From the NCBI GenBank assembly GCA_049519195.1, contig JBEKRA010000001.1, forward strand, positions 1-28,083: a DNA stretch of 28,083 bases, read 5' to 3'. This document shows positions 17,393 to 24,486 of this stretch, piece by piece; the first letter of the stretch is position 1; each line of letters starts with the position of its first letter. The DNA comes from Verrucomicrobiota bacterium (GTDB lineage Bacteria; Verrucomicrobiota; Verrucomicrobiia; Limisphaerales; UBA11358). The notes under the pieces were generated by a model. It made no database searches, was not told where the DNA came from, and saw only the letters and a program-made list of their open reading frames with translations. The position numbers and the translations under genes are program-made.

Positions 17393-19240
17393 ATGAACGA
17401 TTCAGCCGAACATCCAGGCGGCGCGTTGGAAATGTCCCTGCTGCGGCCGGGACTGCGGCTGCCGTTCATTCGTGAATTCAAAAACTATTCGTGGGCGCGG
17501 CTGCGGCGCGATTTGATTGCGGGCGCCACGCTGACGCTGGTTTCCATTCCGCAGGCGATTGGATTTTCCCTGATCCTCGGCCTGCCGCCGATGCCGGTCA
17601 TCATTTCCATAGTGGTCGGCGGCTTTGTCAGCTCGCTCTTTTTCTCATCCCATCATCACGTTTTCGGCCCGACCACGTCAATATGCCTCATCACGGCGGC
17701 GACGGTGGCGGCCAACAGCCAGATGGGGCTGCCCCCGCTGCAACTGGTCGCGTATTTGGCTTTTTTGATCGGTGTCATCCAGTTCATCGCGGGGCTGTTT
17801 CATTTCGGCGAGGTCACCAAGTTCATTTCGCGCTCGGTTGTGGTGGGCTACACCACGGCCATCGGCGGGCTGCTGATGGTCAGCCAGTTTGGCAACGGCC
17901 TGGGGTTCACGACCCACGCCGGCGTGAATTTGCTGGCGACGCTTCAGGAGGTGGCGCAAAACCTGGGAGCCGGCATTTTTTCGTGGTGGGCCATCGGGAT
18001 TGCGGCGCTGACGCTGGCGATTTTCGAGGGCGTCAAGCGGTGGCGGCCCCACTGGCCGGAAGCCTTGCTGGGGCTTGCATTTCTTGGCATCGCCGCGCGC
18101 GTTTTTGCCATTTATCATCCGGAGCTGCCATTCCGCATGGTCAAGGATGAAGGCGCCTTGTCCGCCATTTTGCCGGCGTTGAGCAGCCTGCCACACTGGC
18201 AGGAACAGGTTCAAATTCTGCCGCATTTGATCAACACCGCCATTGCCATCGCCATCATCGGAATGCTCGAGGCCACGGCCATCACCAAGTCCATCGCGGC
18301 CCGGAGCGGCCAGCGTCTGGATCCCAACCAGGAACTGGTCGGCATGGGCGCGGGCAACATCGCCGCCGGGCTGTTTGGCGTGCCGCCCGGCTCATCGTCA
18401 TTCACGCGCTCTGCGGTCAATTACCAGAGCGGCGCGACCTCGCAGTTTTCCTCGATGTTCAGCAGCGTGGCGGTGCTGGTCATCCTGTTTTTTGTCACAC
18501 CGGTTTTCAATTACATTCCCATAGCGGCGCTGGCGGCGCTTCTGATGCGAGTGGGCTACAAACTCATCAACAAACCGCAGATCCGCGTCGCGGTTTATTC
18601 CACCCGTTCGGACGCCGTGGTTTTTTTCGGCACCCTGGCCGTGGCGCTGTTCTTCCAGCTCGAAGCCGCCATTTACGCGGGCATCGGCCTGGCACTCGTG
18701 CTTTTTCTCCGCAAAACCAGCACGCCCATCCTGGTGGAATACACCTTCAACGAAAACGGTTATCTGGCCGAACTCCCGGACAAGGCGCAGCGGATGCATC
18801 CGCAAATTGCCATCATCCACGTGGAGGGCGAACTCTTCTTTGGCGCGGCCGATCTTTTTCAGGAGCAGGTGCGCAGGCAGGCCGAGGACGAGAACATCCG
18901 CGTGTTCATTCTGCGCATGAAAAACGCGCGGCACCTCGACGCCTCCACGGTGATGGCGCTGGAGGCGCTGCACGATTATCTGCGCCAGACGGATCGTTAC
19001 CTGATCATCAGCGGTTGCACCGCCGACGTGCAGCGCGTGCTGCGCAACAGCGGACTGTTGAAACAGATTGGCGAGGAAAATCTTTTCCCCGTCGAGGCCA
19101 ATCCGACCATCTCCACCCGGAAGGCGTTGCTGCGCGCCCAGGCATTGCTGCCCGGAAAAAGCGAACTCCGCCTTTTTTATCCCAACGCTCCAGCCGCCGT
19201 CCAGCCGGACAAAAGCGACGCGGCCGATTACATGATTTAA
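17393..19240 (+). CDS. SulP/SLC26-family anion transporter with C-terminal STAS domain
   Basis: DLIAGATLTLVSIPQAIGFSLILGLPP, VFGPT, LDPNQELVGMGAGN, SSSFTRSAVN; STAS motifs VEGELFFGAA and LDASTV. ATG 17393 or 17432 is more likely than TTG 17279, which lies in a repeat. Confidence 0.95.
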   Translation: MNDSAEHPGGALEMSLLRPGLRLPFIREFKNYSWARLRRDLIAGATLTLVSIPQAIGFSLILGLPPMPVIISIVVGGFVSSLFFSSHHHVFGPTTSICLITAATVAANSQMGLPPLQLVAYLAFLIGVIQFIAGLFHFGEVTKFISRSVVVGYTTAIGGLLMVSQFGNGLGFTTHAGVNLLATLQEVAQNLGAGIFSWWAIGIAALTLAIFEGVKRWRPHWPEALLGLAFLGIAARVFAIYHPELPFRMVKDEGALSAILPALSSLPHWQEQVQILPHLINTAIAIAIIGMLEATAITKSIAARSGQRLDPNQELVGMGAGNIAAGLFGVPPGSSSFTRSAVNYQSGATSQFSSMFSSVAVLVILFFVTPVFNYIPIAALAALLMRVGYKLINKPQIRVAVYSTRSDAVVFFGTLAVALFFQLEAAIYAGIGLALVLFLRKTSTPILVEYTFNENGYLAELPDKAQRMHPQIAIIHVEGELFFGAADLFQEQVRRQAEDENIRVFILRMKNARHLDASTVMALEALHDYLRQTDRYLIISGCTADVQRVLRNSGLLKQIGEENLFPVEANPTISTRKALLRAQALLPGKSELRLFYPNAPAAVQPDKSDAADYMI

Positions 19241-19384
19241 CCATGCCGCAGGACGGGCATCGCAAGCCGCCGCCAGACCATCGCGTTCAACTGTTTGGTT
19301 ACGGTTTGGCTGCAATTCGTTTGGGATGAAGCGGGGTGTAGTCCATTGATTGACGGCACCACGCGCTTATTTGCAACCGGTTTC

Positions 19385-19514
19385 GGTAGTGTCCGAATTT
19401 GAATTTCAAATTTGCGGGCGGAGCGCGAGTTGTCCCAACTCGCAGCATGTCCGCACTGTTCAGCCGCTGCGGATTGGGGACAATCCGCGCTCCGAGCCAA
19501 ATCAGGACACTGCC
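19385..19514. mobile_element. 130-bp MITE-like element with an 8-bp target-site duplication
   Basis: TIR GGTAGTGTCCGAATTTG / CAAATCAGGACACTGCC. CCGGTTTC is duplicated at 19377-19384 and 19515-19522. Carries a CGGAGCGCG...CGCGCTCCG palindrome. Same TIR family as 5476-5739. Confidence 0.88.
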
Positions 19515-19539
19515 CCGGTTTCAACAACCATGAAACCGA

Positions 19540-20196
19540 TTAAAGCCACAGTTTCAAATTTTCACGAAGAATCTGCCGGGCGCGATAAAGTCTTGATTCC
19601 ACGGCCTTCGGCGTTGTTTCCAAAATGGTTGCGGCCTCGACCAGGCTGTGCTCCTCCCATTCGCACAGCACAATTGCCTCGCGCAAATCGTCCGGCAATT
19701 TGCCGACGGCCGCGCGGACGGCAGCGGCGCGCTCGGCATCGAGCGCCTGTTCGTTCGGTGCGGGAATGTCGGATGGAAGCGTGCTGCCCAGCGTCTGTTC
19801 CGTTTCTGCATTTTCCGTTTCGAGCGAAATGTTCGGATGCCGGCTGCGCCAGCGGAAGTGATTGCGCGCCAGATTTGCGGCGATGGTGTAAAGCCAGGTG
19901 GAAAATCTTTCGCTGGTCCGGAAACTGCCGCTCGACTTGAAAACCCGGACGAAAGTTTCCTGCGCCAGATCATTTGCATCGTCCTCGTTGCCAACCATGC
20001 GGCAGAGGAAATGGAACACCGGCGTGGCGTGGCGTTGCATCAAATCGTTGAGCGCCGTGTCCCGGCCGGCAATCAGGCGTTCCATGTCCGCCCGGTCGCG
20101 GGCGTCGTCGAACTGCCGCGCCAACTCGTCGCGCCGGAGTGAAACGGAGGTGGAAGCCTCCGGCGAAGGCCGGGCATCAGGGCTGGTGATGCTCAT
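19540..20196 (-). CDS. ECF RNA polymerase sigma-70 factor
   Basis: DANDLAQETFVRVF (region 2.2), FSTWLYTIAANLARNHFR, and region 4 VGKLPDDLREAIVL...EAATILETTPKAVESRLYRARQILR. Start uncertain (ATG 20196 or TTG 20220). Confidence 0.95.
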   Translation of the reverse strand: MSITSPDARPSPEASTSVSLRRDELARQFDDARDRADMERLIAGRDTALNDLMQRHATPVFHFLCRMVGNEDDANDLAQETFVRVFKSSGSFRTSERFSTWLYTIAANLARNHFRWRSRHPNISLETENAETEQTLGSTLPSDIPAPNEQALDAERAAAVRAAVGKLPDDLREAIVLCEWEEHSLVEAATILETTPKAVESRLYRARQILRENLKLWL

Positions 20197-20722
20197 GGCC
20201 GGCGGACATGGACTGCTCAATCTCCTCGTGGAAACCGAGCGTGAGTTTTTTCATTTCGGCAAGATAACGGCGGCCCTGCTCCGGCGGCATGGCCTGGCTG
20301 ACGATGATGAAGTGCTGCAACATTTGCGCCTGGCATTGCGCGCGCAGCTCGCCGAGTTCGGTCAGTTTCTTTTGCGCCCCGGCGGTCACATTGGTTCCGT
20401 TGCCGAGCGCGGCTTGAACTTCCGTCTTTTTGGCCGCGATCAACGCGCACATTTTGGCGCATTGCGGCATGTAGCCTTCGTGAAGCTGCCGGACGCGCGC
20501 CATCTCGGCATCGCTCAAATGAAATGCATCGCGCAGCCAGCTCAAATTGTCCGCCGAGCGCGTCATCAGGCACGCACGCTGGCTGACAAAGCAGGCGCCG
20601 GCAAAAACCGCTGCTGCCAGCGTCACGGCACCCAGCAAAATGACAAGCGACCGGCCTTCGCCGGGCCGTAGCTTGCCGGAAAACGGCTGGAATTTTCCGA
20701 AGGGATTGAAATTGTGACGCAT
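20177..20722 (-). CDS. Periplasmic heavy-metal sensor, CnrX/NccX/ZraP/Spy-like helical protein, Cys/Met/His-rich
   Basis: N-terminal TM, LSWLRDAFHLSDAE, LHEGYMPQCAKMC, RAQCQAQMLQHF, MPPEQGRRY and a C-terminal HEHH. The ancestral start was probably ATG 20761, now interrupted by an insertion. Confidence 0.75.
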   Translation of the reverse strand: MRHNFNPFGKFQPFSGKLRPGEGRSLVILLGAVTLAAAVFAGACFVSQRACLMTRSADNLSWLRDAFHLSDAEMARVRQLHEGYMPQCAKMCALIAAKKTEVQAALGNGTNVTAGAQKKLTELGELRAQCQAQMLQHFIIVSQAMPPEQGRRYLAEMKKLTLGFHEEIEQSMSAGHEHHQP

Positions 20723-20752
20723 TGGAAATCAGAGGCTTCGGCCCGGCGAAGG
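20655..20752. mobile_element. 98-bp MITE-like insertion in the sensor start region, flanked by a duplicated CCGG
   Basis: TIR CCTTCGCCGGGCCGTAGC / GCTTCGGCCCGGCGAAGG; CCGG at 20651-20654 and 20753-20756. Confidence 0.85.
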
Positions 20753-20761
20753 CCGGTTCAT

Positions 20762-21076
20762 TTAACGCAATGAATTCGGCGCGACTGCGGCAAGATAACG
20801 CGCCTGCGCGTCCTGCCTGGCGGTTTGCGCGCCTTGATAAGTTCCCAGCAAAACACCCGCCAGCACCAGAGTGGCGACCGTGGCGTAGGCGAATCGTGGC
20901 CGCAACACCAGCGAGGCGAGCGCATCCAGCCAGGAGCCGGATTTCACCGGCGCTTCGGCTTCCTCAATCCGCCGCCAGACATTTTCCTGAAAGCGCGGCG
21001 GCAGCAAAGGCGACGGGCGCGCGGCGCGCAGGACTTCGCAAAATTCGGTGTCGCTTGGATTCATGTTTTCTTTCAT
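20762..21076 (-). CDS. Putative single-pass anti-sigma factor (CnrY-like architecture, 104 aa)
   Basis: MKENMNPSDTEFCEVLRAARPSPLLPPRFQENVWRRI, then TM FAYATVATLVLAGVLLGTY and a short periplasmic tail (ARYLAAVAP). First gene of the operon that ends in the ECF sigma. The longer 253-aa ORF-track extension overlaps the helicase gene and is unlikely. Confidence 0.7.
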   Translation of the reverse strand: MKENMNPSDTEFCEVLRAARPSPLLPPRFQENVWRRIEEAEAPVKSGSWLDALASLVLRPRFAYATVATLVLAGVLLGTYQGAQTARQDAQARYLAAVAPNSLR

Positions 21077-21172
21077 CGGTTCATGGGCGGCGGTGTTATT
21101 GTCCGCCGCCCATATTCTATCGTTTTTGTTGCGCCGGGCAATCCGGCAGACTTCATCTGGTTGTATATCTGT

Positions 21173-21201
21173 CTTACCCCGGCCAGCCGGAAATCCCTCA
21201 A
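21173..21201 (-). promoter_or_regulatory. Putative ECF-sigma promoter of the regulatory operon
   Basis: TTGAGGGATTTC-N12-GTAAG on the minus strand. Identical boxes and spacing at 23550-23578. Confidence 0.8.
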
Positions 21202-21248
21202 AAATCCACAAGCCCCGGCAGATGCGGGAAATATTTCCCGCTGCACGC

Positions 21249-21276
21249 TTGCCTTCACTTCGCGGCAAACTAAACT
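21249..21276 (+). promoter_or_regulatory. Putative sigma70 promoter of the helicase (near-leaderless)
   Basis: TTGCCT-N16-TAAACT ending 8 nt before ATG 21285. Confidence 0.45.
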
Positions 21277-21284
21277 TCGCGCCC

Positions 21285-23441
21285 ATGTTGGATTTGAAAA
21301 CGCTCAACCCGCAGCAGCGCCAGGCGGCCGAAACCGTCAAAGGTCCGGTGCTCATTCTTGCCGGCGCGGGCACCGGCAAGACGCGCGTCATCACGTTCCG
21401 CATCGCGCACATGGTCGCGCGCGGGATTTCGCCGACGCACATCCTCGGCGTCACGTTCACCAACAAGGCCGCGCGCGAAATGCAGGAGCGGGTGAAAAAA
21501 CTTGTGCCGCGCCCGCGCGCCAATTCTGACCCTCAACTCTCAACCCTCAACTCTCAACCAACAATCTGCACGTTTCACTCGCTCTGCGTCCGCATTTTGC
21601 GGCAGCACATCGAAAAGCTCGGCTACAAGCGCAATTTCGTCATCTACGACGAATCGGAGCAGCTTGGCGCGGTCAAAAAGATTTTGAGCAGCATTTCCGC
21701 GAAGGGCGAGAAGGTTGACCCCGGCGCGGTGCTGGCGGTGTTGAGCAAATTCAAAAATCAAGTGGCACAGGCGTCTTGCCTGTCAGGTTCTGAAAAGAAA
21801 CACACAGGCGGGACGCCTGTGCCACTATTTGGTGATCCGAGCGTCCGCGCGCTGGCGCAGCACATTGCCAAGCGTTACGAATCCGCATTGCACGCCTGCA
21901 ACGCCGTGGATTTTGATGATTTGATCCTGCTCACGCTGCGGCTGTTCCGCGAGCAGCCTGACACGCTCGCAGCCTGCCGCGCGAAATTTCGTTACGTCAT
22001 GGTGGACGAGTATCAGGACACGAACGCCGCGCAATTTGAGCTGGTCCACGCGCTCACGAAGGAGCACCGGAATCTCTGCGTGGTCGGCGACGACGACCAG
22101 AGCATCTACGGCTGGCGCGGCGCGGAGATCGCCAACCTGCTCGACATGGAAAAGCATTTCCCCGAGGTCAAAATCATCAAGCTGGAGCAGAATTACCGCA
22201 GCACCAGGACGATTCTCAACGCCGCCAACGCCATCATCAAGCACAACGTCCGGCGGCGCGGCAAATCGCTGTGGTCAAGCAAGGGCGCGGGCGGGAAAAT
22301 CCAGTTGCACACGTTTAACAACGACGAAACCGAGGCGCGCGAAATCGTGGCGCAGATTGAATTCAAGCGGCTGGCGCACCGGACGCCTTGGCGGGATTGC
22401 GCGATCCTCTTCCGCACGAACCAGCAGTCGCGTCCGCTTGAAACCGCGCTACGCACCGCCGGCGTGCGCTATCATTTGATCGGCGGCCAGAGCTTCTTTG
22501 ATCGGCGCGAGGTGAAGGATTTTCTCGCCTACCTGAAAATGTTCCTGAACCCGCACGATGACATCAGCCTTTTGCGCATCGCCAATGTGCCGGCGCGCGG
22601 CTTGAGCGACGTGACGATGGAACGGCTGCTCGGCGCGAGCCACGACCGGAAATGTTCCGTCTTCACCGCGATGAAAAATCCGCTGGTGACGACGACGTTC
22701 CAGTCCAACACGCGCAAAAGCATCGAGGCGTTTGTGGAATTCGTCGAGCGGACACGCGGGCAACTCGGTAGTGGCACAGGCATCTTGCCTGTGAGTTCCG
22801 AAAGCAAGACAAGCCCAGAAATACACAGGCAAGATGCCTGTGCCACTACTTTCATGCTCGCGCGATGGGCCGACCATTTCCTGAACGAGACCGGTTATTT
22901 CGCCGAACTTCGCCGTCAGGAAAAGAATCCGGAGAACAGTGAGGGCCGCGTCCGCAATCTGAAGGAATTCATGGCGACAATGGACCGCCCGGCGGGCGGC
23001 GGCTCATCACCCGCCGAGCGGCTGGGAAATTTTATCGAAGAAATCACGCTCGACACCGAGCGCGAGGAGGAGGAGGAAAACACCGGCGACGCCGTAACGC
23101 TTATCACGATGCACTCGTGCAAGGGGCTGGAATTCCCGCACGTCTTCATCGTCGGGCTGGAGGACGGACTGTTGCCGCACTCGCGGTCCAAGGCCGAAGG
23201 CACGCTTGACGAGGAGCGGCGGCTATTTTACGTGGCGGTGACGCGAGCGATGCAGACGCTCACCATCAGCCATTGCGGCGGGCGGAAGAAATACGGCCAG
23301 GTGCTGCCATGCCATCCGTCGCCGTTCCTGAAGGAACTGCCGGAGGAACTTGTCGAACATTCCGACTCGAAATCCAAGACACCCGTCGCGCCGGAATCGG
23401 GGAAAGGTCTGTTCGCGGCGATGCGCCAGGCCGTCACCTGA
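21285..23441 (+). CDS. UvrD/PcrA/Rep-family SF1A DNA helicase
   Basis: LILAGAGTGKTRVIT, VTFTNKAAREM, TFHSLCVRILR, DEYQD, VGDDDQSIYGWRGA, LEQNYRS, HSCKGLEF and EERRLFYVAVTRA. Start ATG 21285; the ORF-track upstream extension overlaps the divergent promoter. Confidence 0.97.
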   Translation: MLDLKTLNPQQRQAAETVKGPVLILAGAGTGKTRVITFRIAHMVARGISPTHILGVTFTNKAAREMQERVKKLVPRPRANSDPQLSTLNSQPTICTFHSLCVRILRQHIEKLGYKRNFVIYDESEQLGAVKKILSSISAKGEKVDPGAVLAVLSKFKNQVAQASCLSGSEKKHTGGTPVPLFGDPSVRALAQHIAKRYESALHACNAVDFDDLILLTLRLFREQPDTLAACRAKFRYVMVDEYQDTNAAQFELVHALTKEHRNLCVVGDDDQSIYGWRGAEIANLLDMEKHFPEVKIIKLEQNYRSTRTILNAANAIIKHNVRRRGKSLWSSKGAGGKIQLHTFNNDETEAREIVAQIEFKRLAHRTPWRDCAILFRTNQQSRPLETALRTAGVRYHLIGGQSFFDRREVKDFLAYLKMFLNPHDDISLLRIANVPARGLSDVTMERLLGASHDRKCSVFTAMKNPLVTTTFQSNTRKSIEAFVEFVERTRGQLGSGTGILPVSSESKTSPEIHRQDACATTFMLARWADHFLNETGYFAELRRQEKNPENSEGRVRNLKEFMATMDRPAGGGSSPAERLGNFIEEITLDTEREEEEENTGDAVTLITMHSCKGLEFPHVFIVGLEDGLLPHSRSKAEGTLDEERRLFYVAVTRAMQTLTISHCGGRKKYGQVLPCHPSPFLKELPEELVEHSDSKSKTPVAPESGKGLFAAMRQAVT
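21532..21559 (+). repeat. Heptamer tandem repeat (CTCAACY)x4 inside the helicase
   Basis: CTCAACT CTCAACC CTCAACT CTCAACC, translated as PQLSTLNSQP just before TFHS. Confidence 0.85.
21761..21826. repeat. 66-bp REP-like palindrome in frame inside the helicase
   Basis: Perfect 15-bp TIR AGTGGCACAGGCGTC / GACGCCTGTGCCACT; peptide VAQASCLSGSEKKHTGGTPVPL. Confidence 0.9.
22768..22849. repeat. REP-like palindrome in frame inside the helicase
   Basis: Perfect 26-bp inverted repeat GTAGTGGCACAGGCATCTTGCCTGTG / CACAGGCAAGATGCCTGTGCCACTAC; peptide SGTGILPVSSESKTSPEIHRQDACAT. Confidence 0.9.
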
Positions 23442-23549
23442 AGACGGATTGTTGGGCTGCAAAACTGGCGGTTTTGCCACCCCGACTACTTGCTAATTTC
23501 ATTCAGAAGGCCATCTTTGAGGCGGTTGTGCGGGAAATTCCAAAATTAG

Positions 23550-23578
23550 TTGAGGGATTTCAGCTTTAGTGGTGTAAG
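23550..23578 (+). promoter_or_regulatory. Putative ECF-sigma promoter of the metal-efflux operon
   Basis: TTGAGGGATTTC-AGCTTTAGTGGT-GTAAG, ending 48 nt before ATG 23627. Matches 21173-21201. Confidence 0.8.
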
Positions 23579-23626
23579 CATAGTCAGCGCACCAAAAGCG
23601 GGCGCACAACTAAACAAATCAATATC

Positions 23627-23971
23627 ATGAAATTATTCAATCGCATCAGCCGCCGGGTGGCGACCGGACTGGTTTTGGCCGCGGTGTTCGCCATGGTGCC
23701 GGCAATCATCCACGCCGACGGCACCAATGCCGTCAAAGCCGCCGAATCCAAACCCACGCCGTATCCGCTGCAAACCTGCGTCGTGTCCGGCGATAAACTC
23801 GGCGGGATGGGCGACCCGATCGTGTTCGTCTATACCAACAAGGGCATCAATCAGGAAATCAAATTTTGTTGTCCGATGTGCAAGTCGAAATTTCTTGCCG
23901 ACCCGGACAAATACATGAAGATCGTCCACGATGCCGAGGCCAAGGTGAAAGCCAAGGACGCTAAAAATTGA
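23627..23971 (+). CDS. Exported YHS/TRASH-like metal-binding protein
   Basis: Signal peptide, then TCVVSGDKL...IKFCCPMCKSKFLADPDKY. Confidence 0.85.
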   Translation: MKLFNRISRRVATGLVLAAVFAMVPAIIHADGTNAVKAAESKPTPYPLQTCVVSGDKLGGMGDPIVFVYTNKGINQEIKFCCPMCKSKFLADPDKYMKIVHDAEAKVKAKDAKN

Positions 23972-24027
23972 CGGATTCACGTCAAAAAAGCCTGGCGGTT
24001 TCCCGGCGGGTGCATGACATTAGAAAC

Positions 24028-24375
24028 GTGAAAACGACGTGGGCCATCATTTGCAGCCTGGTGCTGGCGGGAACACCGTTCCTGCTCGCGCAAACGCCGT
24101 TGCCGGTGTGCCGCGCGAAACAGCCGGTTCCCGCGTGCTGCCAGCATGGCTGCAAAATGCCGTGCTGCTCGCCAAAACCGGCGTCGGATTCGAAGCCGGC
24201 CCCGGCGGTTCCGGCGCAGACTGGCGGCCAGAACCAAGTTTCATTTCTTGCACCCAACGCTCTGGTCTGGGTTTTGCCTGACGCCCCGGTTTCCAAACTT
24301 TCGTCCACCACTCAAATCTCGCTTGTGACGAAGGGCAGTCCGCTTTACGCGAGGAACTGCGCCCGGCTGATCTGA
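24028..24375 (+). CDS. Small exported Cys-rich protein upstream of the RND genes (possible leader/regulatory peptide)
   Basis: GTG 24028 (or TTG 23968 overlapping the YHS stop), hydrophobic N-terminus, CCQHGCKMPCC cluster, Pro-rich linker and C-terminal PLYARNCARLI. Confidence 0.65.
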   Translation: MKTTWAIICSLVLAGTPFLLAQTPLPVCRAKQPVPACCQHGCKMPCCSPKPASDSKPAPAVPAQTGGQNQVSFLAPNALVWVLPDAPVSKLSSTTQISLVTKGSPLYARNCARLI

Positions 24376-24486
24376 TTTTTCTCCTCCCACACCCGCAGTG
24401 TGCCCATGAACGGCGCGCTGCGTCCCAGTCCGTTTTGTATCCGTGAATTTGTTGTGTCCGTGAAATGCGTTAATAATCGAAAATTT

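Noticed and set aside
16669-17396. ORFs of 72-168 aa in the intergenic region (also 3584-3844, 5494-6054, 14290-14574, 19237-19527, 27600-27809)
   Set aside because: They are composed largely of translated REP/MITE sequence and show no protein-family signal.
20729-20731. In-frame TGA in the sensor start region read as selenocysteine or readthrough
   Set aside because: The codon lies inside an inserted element with TIRs and a duplicated target, which explains it more simply. No SECIS evidence.
20762-21523. 253-aa version of the anti-sigma ORF and 797-aa version of the helicase from the ORF track
   Set aside because: The extensions overlap each other and the two promoter motifs. Internal ATGs (21076 and 21285) mark where recognisable sequence begins.
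23627-23700. Tat signal (SRRVAT) in the YHS protein
   Set aside because: It lacks the F/L residues of the S-R-R-x-F-L-K consensus, so Sec export is equally plausible.
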